Below are positions 56,701 through 64,000 of a stretch of 64,000 nucleotides of DNA, one piece after another. The notes beneath the pieces are model-generated. The model made no database searches. It was not told the DNA's origin and worked only from the letters and a program-made list of their open reading frames with translations. Position numbers and translations under genes: made by a program. The stretch's first letter is position 1. Each line of letters opens with the position of its first letter. This stretch comes from Selaginella moellendorffii (taxonomy: Eukaryota; Plantae; Lycopodiophyta), in NCBI RefSeq assembly GCF_000143415.4, contig NW_003314276.1, forward strand, positions 1,848,107 to 1,912,106, read 5' to 3'.

Positions 56701-57800
56701 TGGAAATATAGTAAGAAGTAATGAGAAAACAAAAGTGATAGAAGTAAAGGTAAATGCAAAAGACAAAGGGAAACAAAAGTAAAAGGAATAGAAGAACTAT
56801 AAGGAAGTATGAAATAAGAGGGAGAAATTTCAAAATTATATTTGACATAATTGCATTACAACCAATCCATACTAAGGAGAAGGTCAAAAGCTTGATTCGG
56901 CACCACCTGCAACAATTAAAATTCAAGCTTGAGATCTCTCACACACACAACTAAGTCCACCTCATCCCGTGCACATGCATGTGTATGACTGTTGCCATAA
57001 AGAATGAAAATTAGCTTTACCACATAATACAACTATAGATGGCAACATATGGTAATAGGCCGCGCAATAAAATGTAAATTCAAGCTTGTATCAATCAACA
57101 CAGAGAGAATAATAGGAAACTTCTTGTTATTAAAATGAGCTTGGAAAGTAAATACTAGATGAACTAATGCTGAGTGAACTCCTTGATAGTGGGATATTGC
57201 CCTATAGAAAGATGCAAGTCAACAATGTATTGAAGTGGATATCGTGACTCTATTATAATTGATGACCAAAAGTTTGGCTCAGTTATGGAGTATACCAATT
57301 GGCATTTAACTGGAAAATAAACCATATAATGAGGAACCACATTCCATTAAAATAGGGGAAGAAGTTTTACCAGGTGCACATAAGTCTAGTGCATTGATGT
57401 GGGGTTGTGCATGATTAAAGCATTGAGAACTATGCACTTGCTTGTACATAGTAGACATTGTGGAGGGGGAGTGTGAGGGATGCCATCCTATGCTGGAACT
57501 TGCATTGAAATTGCTCCACTTTGTGGTTGACACTGCACTAAAATAGCTTCATCTTATGGTGACTTTACACTGGAAATGTTGCAACATCACCAACAAAGCT
57601 CTCCTCAAGAATTGTCTCCTCTATTCTATTCACATTCTCTTTATCTAGTCGTGGAATAACCTCTTCTACACTCTCAACAAGAGAAAAATCAAGGGTGGAC
57701 ATGAACTCAACATCTAGTGTCTCTATTTCAAGAGACAACATCTCCTTATAGAGTCATGAAGAAAAGAAGCAAAATAACATAAATAAGCTAGTTAGTAAAG
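53790..57800 (-). mobile_element. Old, heavily mutated Ty3/gypsy retrotransposon (gag-PR-RT-RH-INT)
   Basis: Order on the minus strand: Zn-knuckle remnant QCFNHAQPH (~57420), protease VLIDTSL (~57090), RT YPLP..IDLL and FINDVLIHSK..EEH, RNaseH PPILVYPNYTQLFILCVDA, integrase YHP*IDG (~54460), purine tract at ~53795. Confidence 0.85.
56650..56949. mobile_element. Candidate 300-bp solo LTR nested in the old gypsy element
   Basis: TGTG...CACA termini flanked by ACTAT (56645-56649) and ACTAA (56950-56954); interrupts the PR-RT region. Confidence 0.55.
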
Positions 57801-58568
57801 GAATTTGGAGTGGTTTTGGCTTATTAAATAATCCCAACACAAATATTTCCAATCACTACAATGCTTAAGCCCATAAATTAGGGTGAGCAATAAGTATCAC
57901 CTACAAATTAACATGTGGTAATAAACTGGAAACACACACACACACAAACACACAAAATAAACTAGTAACTAAAAGAAACTCCACATATGGTTTTGGTGTT
58001 GAAAGTGTGAACTTGATACTAAGGGCTTCCAGGACATGTGATCATCTTATCTAGGTATCACATTGAGCTGCTACTATTGTTTCAGCTGTTTGTGCCATCT
58101 TATTCTGGTTTTCTAGCACAAATTGGCATATGGAAGGCACACTGTGGACACATAGAACATAGTAGTGTTGAATCAAGGTGGGGGATACATACCTGGCGCA
58201 TGCCTAAGACCCAATGCTAGTACATGAGTAGTTACTGCTTTGTCAATTGTGGTCATGCCAACACCTGAGAACACAAATGGATGGAGGAAGTGAACACCTC
58301 TCACTCACAAGCATAACCTAACACATGTGAAATTCTTGTTTTACCTGCCAATGAGCAGGAATTTTTTTATTGTAACCAGACCTGCCCCAGGCCTACCTCC
58401 AGCCCTTATTGTTTTATTGTTGTACAAAAGTTATTTCTTAGTAACTATACATTTATTATAATAAATAAGTATCAAAAGGAGAGATTTAAACTTCCAAAGT
58501 TTAAAACTTGAAATTATTAGGTTATAAACCTTTATAAAATATTTTAATAAAAATATTATAATTCAAAC

Positions 58569-58608
58569 TGTGAGTGCATGGAATATGGAAATGGACTTGG
58601 ACCTCACA
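58569..58608 (-). mobile_element. 40-bp internally deleted LTR-like element
   Basis: TGTGAG...CTCACA inverted ends, AAAC direct repeat on both sides; reverse complement joins the start and the end of the 59990 LTR family. Confidence 0.55.
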
Positions 58609-59892
58609 AAACCTATATTCCAAAAAATGATATGTTTATTAAAATCAAGTATACAAATAATAAAGAACTACAAAAGATAAGTTAAGCCATAAAAAAGGAT
58701 TACACTACTAAACCATATACAATATATGGTACCTTGATGAGAAAAACATCAAATAAAAATTATAAAATAAAATTTTCAGAAAAAATTGTATTACTACCCA
58801 AAGTAATAAAGAATTACTAATAATAGTTATATATCAATATAGATTAAATATTTAGGAAAATGAAAAATTACTATGTTATGCTATTGAGTAACATGAAAAA
58901 AATCTAAAACATTACTACTTTATTAATTACTAAATAGAGGTGTTGTGCCAACTTGCCAGCTTTGTCCCATTTCTGAGAGAAAAAGAAATCATTGGAGGTT
59001 CAAGTGGTGGCAATTCATTATCCAATTGCCTTTTGGAAAGAAGGGAGTGGCCAGACAATTGCCATTTGCTGAGCAATTTCACAATTACTTTTACAAACTT
59101 AAAAAAAATGTTTCTTAGTGATTTTTTGGGCAATACCTGGCATTCCCTTGCCTGCTGACAATATTAGATGTTCCTCTTTCCTTGCTGGAGATGTAATAAA
59201 AACAAGTGAACTTCCAGATATGTGTTTAGGTTCTCACCACAACATAGATCTCATCTCACACATACTATTCACATCAACAGACCAAACTCTTGTAAGCTTG
59301 CCAGTGGTGTTGGAGAGTAGAGAATGTTGGAGCTAATCCAAATGTTTTTCTTCTTTATGTATGTTTGGTTGGGCAATAGAGGCATTTCTCAAATTCTGTA
59401 TACATTAGATATCGGTTTAATATCATATAAATCTAGTAAGTAATAGAAATGAATTAAAAATCTTTAACAATAGTTAAGTTTATAAATCTTAAGTAGTTTG
59501 TAATAATCTGGGTTTATTAATGCAATAGTTTTATCAAAATGTTAGATATAAATAATCTATGCTTAAGAAATGTATTATATATCTTCAGAAAAATTTAACC
59601 ATGAATCCCCACAGCCAAATGAGAAGAGGAAGCCATGTATTTACTTCCCTAGGCCATGGAGAAGAGTGAGAAAGTTATGTGAAAATCCTGTGAGAAGAAT
59701 TTTCTATGCTCTCAAAGAAAGAACAAACAATTGAAAGCTAGTTGAGAGGATATGCATTGTCCAAGAAAGGGAGCTGATGTAAAGATATGCTACCCTGTGA
59801 AACCCTAAAACTTCCATTGAGTAAAAGTGCAGTGATAGAATATTATAGTTACATTATATTGTTTAAAGTATTCCTCTATCCTCTATACATAC

Positions 59893-59978
59893 ATATATCT
59901 ATATATGTATATGTATGTGTGTGTGTATATATATATATATATACACACACACACATACATATACATATGTAGATATAT
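59893..59978. repeat. Palindromic compound (TA)/(TG)/(CA) microsatellite
   Basis: Left arm atatatctatatatgtatatgtatgtgtgtgtgt mirrors right arm acacacacacatacatatacatatgtagatatat around a (TA)n core. Confidence 0.85.
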
Positions 59979-59989
59979 ATACATACAGT

Positions 59990-60960
59990 TGTGAGGTCCA
60001 AGTGTATAGCTATGATGCTGTATACTAATATAAATGGCCGTACATTAATATTAGCATAGTGGGATTTTGATACTTGTTGGATTGGTTTCAATTTGGACCA
60101 CTCACTCTTATATATAAGGTAGGGTTTTTGGGTTAATGGATATGCACATTATTGTATTCCATTTCCATATTCCACAATTTTAATTGTCCCTAAGAAGTGT
60201 TTAGATTTGGGATTTTGGCTTAGATCTAGGGTTTGCATTGTCTAGATCTCATTTTCTTTATAGCTTTTTTGTACTATTGGTTTGATCACTTTATGGTGAT
60301 TGCTACCTATCATTCTTGGGATGATGTTTAGTATTTGCATCCTACATGTCTTCAAAGAACAGTATTGCAATGGTACAATGGTTTAAGTTTAGCCACTTAT
60401 ACAATTTGGAACATTTTCCTGGATGTCTTCAAACTCACATTTGGACATGCTAACAATTGTGATGATACCTTTCAACAATTGCATCATCTTTGTTAGGCCA
60501 TTTTAGTTAGTGATGGAATTTGGCCAAATATGTAAAAGCAGATCAAATTAAGAATGTTGTGGCTAGCACTTTGTCAAAATCTTGTGGGACTTATGCATGC
60601 ATTTACTCTAACCACCTTTGATAATGCTTTTAGACTAATACAACATTATAAAACATTACCTCTTCCACTTGTTATTGCATGTCCTTTAGCTCCACTTCTT
60701 GTGGGAAATAGTCTTGTTCCAATGAAGGTTGATGCTACTATTGCTCGTGTTCAAGGACAAGGGTGAGGACATGGTTGTGGTCGTGATATCCACTGTTAGG
60801 CATGTGATGAGGTTGGCCATACATATTAGCATTGTTGGCATTTTCTAGATTAGCATCCTCTATTTCTTGGGTGGAGGCCTTGGCATCAACAACATCTTAT
60901 TGGTGCTATTGTAGTGGAAGGTCTTAACATTGAGATTTTTTTAGGAAATGAAGAGTCATA
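59990..60960 (+). mobile_element. Decayed LTR retrotransposon 5' end: LTR (59990-60176) plus gag remnant
   Basis: TG..CA-bounded repeat; gag motif VPMKVDAT followed by C*ACDEVGHTY*HC (CX2CX4HX4C) at ~60794-60836. Confidence 0.65.
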
Positions 60961-61946
60961 TGAAAGGTAGAGGGTCTTTGCATGAATAAGTCAATAACCC
61001 TTCCATCCTTTTTTCGAAAGCTACTTATATATCTATTTTATCACTACAAGACCTTTGACTTTTAGCACAAAATTGGATCAGTCCAGCACTTTGCCATGTT
61101 GCTCTTCTTCAATGCTGACTTCACAAACTAGCTTGGAGTGCATTTGTATACTACAACACTGTCTTTCAAGTTTAAGCAAATCTGCACCAAATTCTTTTGG
61201 CCAAGAAAGTGGCTTCATTCAAAACTTTAATCTAAAGCTTAAAAATCCAAAGTTCCATCAAGGTGCTCACCAGTTATGCATTGAGATTGACAACTAGTTG
61301 TTAGTGTGTGAATAGCTATGCTTTCCCCCATCTCAACTTGATGTTGTGAGTGTCACTAGTGTTCACTCACTGTCATGACTTGCAAGCCATGTAGATAAGT
61401 ACACCTTCTATGTCATTGCTATTGTTGTTACATCCATTGACCAAACACAATTTAACATTGATGTCATTCATATTGGTGACACATTTGAAAAGGAATACAA
61501 GGTACACATGCCTATGGTTTGTAAAGTTTTCTGACCTTTACACAAGATTGAAATTCTCAGTGATATGCAACACATATTCCAAGAGCTCAAAGCTTCTTGG
61601 TTTGCAAAAGAAATGCCATGTAGGATCTTTTACAATTTGCAAGGCATAGATTGGATGAATGTTTAGTGTGTTGCTCCATACACTATTATGTACAAATTTC
61701 CTAATCAAAAGGCATGGCAAGACTTGATAGATCATTTATATACAATAGCATCTTTGTGTCATAACCAGTTTAGAGGGGTTTGTTTTTGCTTATACATTTT
61801 TATGTTGTTCTTATCTTCATGTTATAGATAATTGACTATTTCATCTATGCCAATCCACAGAAGGTGTCAATGAACTACTCTTGCTGTGTTTGAAAGAGGT
61901 TGAACATTTCCATGAACACTAAGGACTTTGGCATTTGCAAGGATTG

Positions 61947-62308
61947 TGTCAAGACCCCCCAACAAGATCAAGACTGGAAAATGCAAAAGACAAAGAGAAA
62001 AGCTAGTGGAAACAAAGAAGAAGCCTTAGACTGGCGTTGATTCAGATTGTGGAGAAATGGAATAAAGCTAACTTATATATACTATAGGTTGATGAAGCTC
62101 CACCACTCTTGGATCGAGGATGGCCTAAATATAGCTGAGGTCGAGGAGGCGCCATATCAATATCAGGAATGTGGCTCGAGACTCAGGAATCGTACAAGAA
62201 ACCAGAGAGTCAAGAATAGGGAAGTGTCTTGAGAGTCAGGAATGTGGTCTGCAGGTCAGGAATCTAGCGAGAGTCAGGAATGTGGCAAGAATTGGGGGAT
62301 TCCTGACA
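61947..62308 (-). repeat. 3' LTR (362 bp) of the young gypsy element
   Basis: TGTCA...TGACA termini; adjacent polypurine tract (minus strand gaggaggggg, ~62312-62321); internal gagtcaggaatgtgg repeats. Confidence 0.85.
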
Positions 62309-64000
62309 ACACCCCCTCCTCAAGAACGAGTGGAACGAGGACGTGAATGAGAACGACGAGGAGGATGAGATGAGCGGCGAGGGATGGGAGATGGAGAAAA
62401 AGAATGAGGACTGGGACGAGAAGGATAGCGGCGGTGGAAGTCCTGAACAAGGTCAGGAGAATGAATCAAGTTGTCCACAGATTCCCAAGTGCATTCTTCA
62501 GGCCCGTAACCCTTCCAGTCAACCAGATAGTAGAGTTTAGACTGTGAAATCTTGGAATCAAGGATGTCCTAAACCTCGTACTCAGACCCATCCTCAAGCT
62601 GCACTGGTGGAGGTGGAGGAATGACCCGATTGGGAATAGGACTGGGAATATAAGGCTCAAGGAGAGAGGAATGAAAAACGGGGTGAATTTGATATAAGGA
62701 GGGAAGTGCAAGGCGATAAGTGACAGGATTAATGATGGCAGTGATAGGGAAAGGACCGAGGCGTTTGAAATCAAGTTTTGGATAGGGCCTGGTGGTGGAG
62801 ATATTTCGCCTAAGGAGCCAGACTTTATCCCCGATATTGTAAGGGGGACAATCCTAATGATGGACATTGGCAAGTGTTTTGTGAGATTCCTGAGCACGAT
62901 GGAGGTGGAAGGAGATGGAGTTGTGGATTTCTTGGAGGTTGGAGACAAATACCTCAGAGTGGGGATTTGAATGAGAGGATTCGGATGGAGAAAGAAGTGA
63001 GAGATTGAATTGGGGATTTCGGCCAGAGTTTGCAAAGAAGGGGGAAATTCGAAGAGAGGAGTGAACAGAGTTGTTATAGGAGAACTCAGTAAGGGGAAGG
63101 ATATCGAACCAGTTATCTTGATGATAGTTGATGAAGCATCTCAAGAATTGTTCCAACGTCTGAATCGTTCGCTCAGACTGCCCATCAGTTTGAGGATGAT
63201 ACGCCGAAGAGAGGTTGGCCTTCACTCCAAGCAGCTGCAAAAACCGTTGCCAGAAATGAGAGATGAACTGAGGTCCCTGATCCGAAACCACATCTGTAGG
63301 AATCCCATGAAGTCGGAAAATTTCCCTGAATACCAGTTTTGCCATGTCCTCGCCCGAAAACTCCTTGGTACATGGCAAGAAGTGCGCCATCTTTGTGAAG
63401 CGATCCACCACGACTAAAATGCTGTTGAAGCCTCCAGAACGCGGAAGATCACTCAAGAAATCCATGGAGATGGATTCCCAAGGACCTGAAGGGACCGGAA
63501 GGGAACGAAGCAAACCTGAAGGAAGGTGGCGAGGTACCTTATTCCGGGGGCAAGTATCACAGAAGGTAACAAAAGCTTTGATGTAGTTGTCCATGTGAGG
63601 TTACCAAAAGTCCCGTGCAACTAGCTCATAGGTTTTCGCAATGCGGAAGTGACCAGCAATCGGGCTATCGTGGCACGCCATCAGGACCAACCTTCGAGCA
63701 TCACCTTCAGGAACGTAAAGTTGCTCCCCACGGTATAATAAGCCATCTAAGAACTCGAACTCGTCAAATCGCCAGCAGTCGGGAGTCACAGGGTGTCCAG
63801 CCTGAAGATGGGGGAAAATGTCGCTGGCGAGATCATCGGATTGAAGATCGTTTCTAATTGCATCCATCAAGGAGGAGTCCTGAGGGGCCAGGGAAATTGC
63901 CATAACTTGAAGCCGATCAAGATCAAGGATAACTTGATCCTGTTGATCGAAGGCAGGATTACTAGGCTTGAGACTAAGATAGGAGCGCCTTGAAAGAGCA
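61947..64000 (-). mobile_element. Young Ty3/gypsy chromovirus (3' part: integrase, chromodomain, PPT, LTR); a few in-frame stops
   Basis: CHDSPIAGH, CDTC, PWESISMDFL, VVVDRFTKMAHF, SDQGPQF, AYHPQTDGQSER, KLDFKRLGPF, chromodomain YEV*DILDSK..YYLVDWKGYGPEECTWE. Confidence 0.95.

Noticed and set aside
58930-59340. Short ORFs here and at 61050-61740
   Set aside because: No recognisable motifs; probably decayed repeats, so left uncalled.
59410-59425. atcggtttaatatc similar to U2 snRNA
   Set aside because: Flanks lack the branch-point pairing region and Sm site.

Overview
Eukaryotic plant nuclear DNA. Very short (~45-100 nt) introns, dense gene packing, PPR debris and a cyanovirin-N-type gene fit the lycophyte Selaginella (inference from style, no database check). 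Positions 1-50.7 kb are gene-rich: an NCED/CCD4-clade carotenoid dioxygenase (missed by the ORF track), two damaged cyanovirin-N-homolog (CVNH) lectin genes around a PPR pseudogene, a small orphan-like protein, a frameshifted CWC25, NDR kinase, MKP1, PEAMT, LUG/LUH, AlaAT, ankyrin-BTB, CBS-PB1, FAAH, a P-loop ATPase spanning a 650-N gap, UPF0183/PHAF1, ICE1/SCRM bHLH, a SPEAR/SPL-TIE-like EAR repressor, mTERF and sphingosine-1-phosphate lyase. A 6-kb gap between ICE1/SCRM and the SPEAR gene carries a run of intron-like elements suggesting an unannotated spliced transcript. From ~50.7 kb the sequence turns AT-rich and CpG-poor, with nested Ty3/gypsy remnants, solo LTRs, a young chromovirus and an odd AT-rich B-lectin pseudogene. 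Gene boundaries were hand-derived; family calls rest on recalled motifs.
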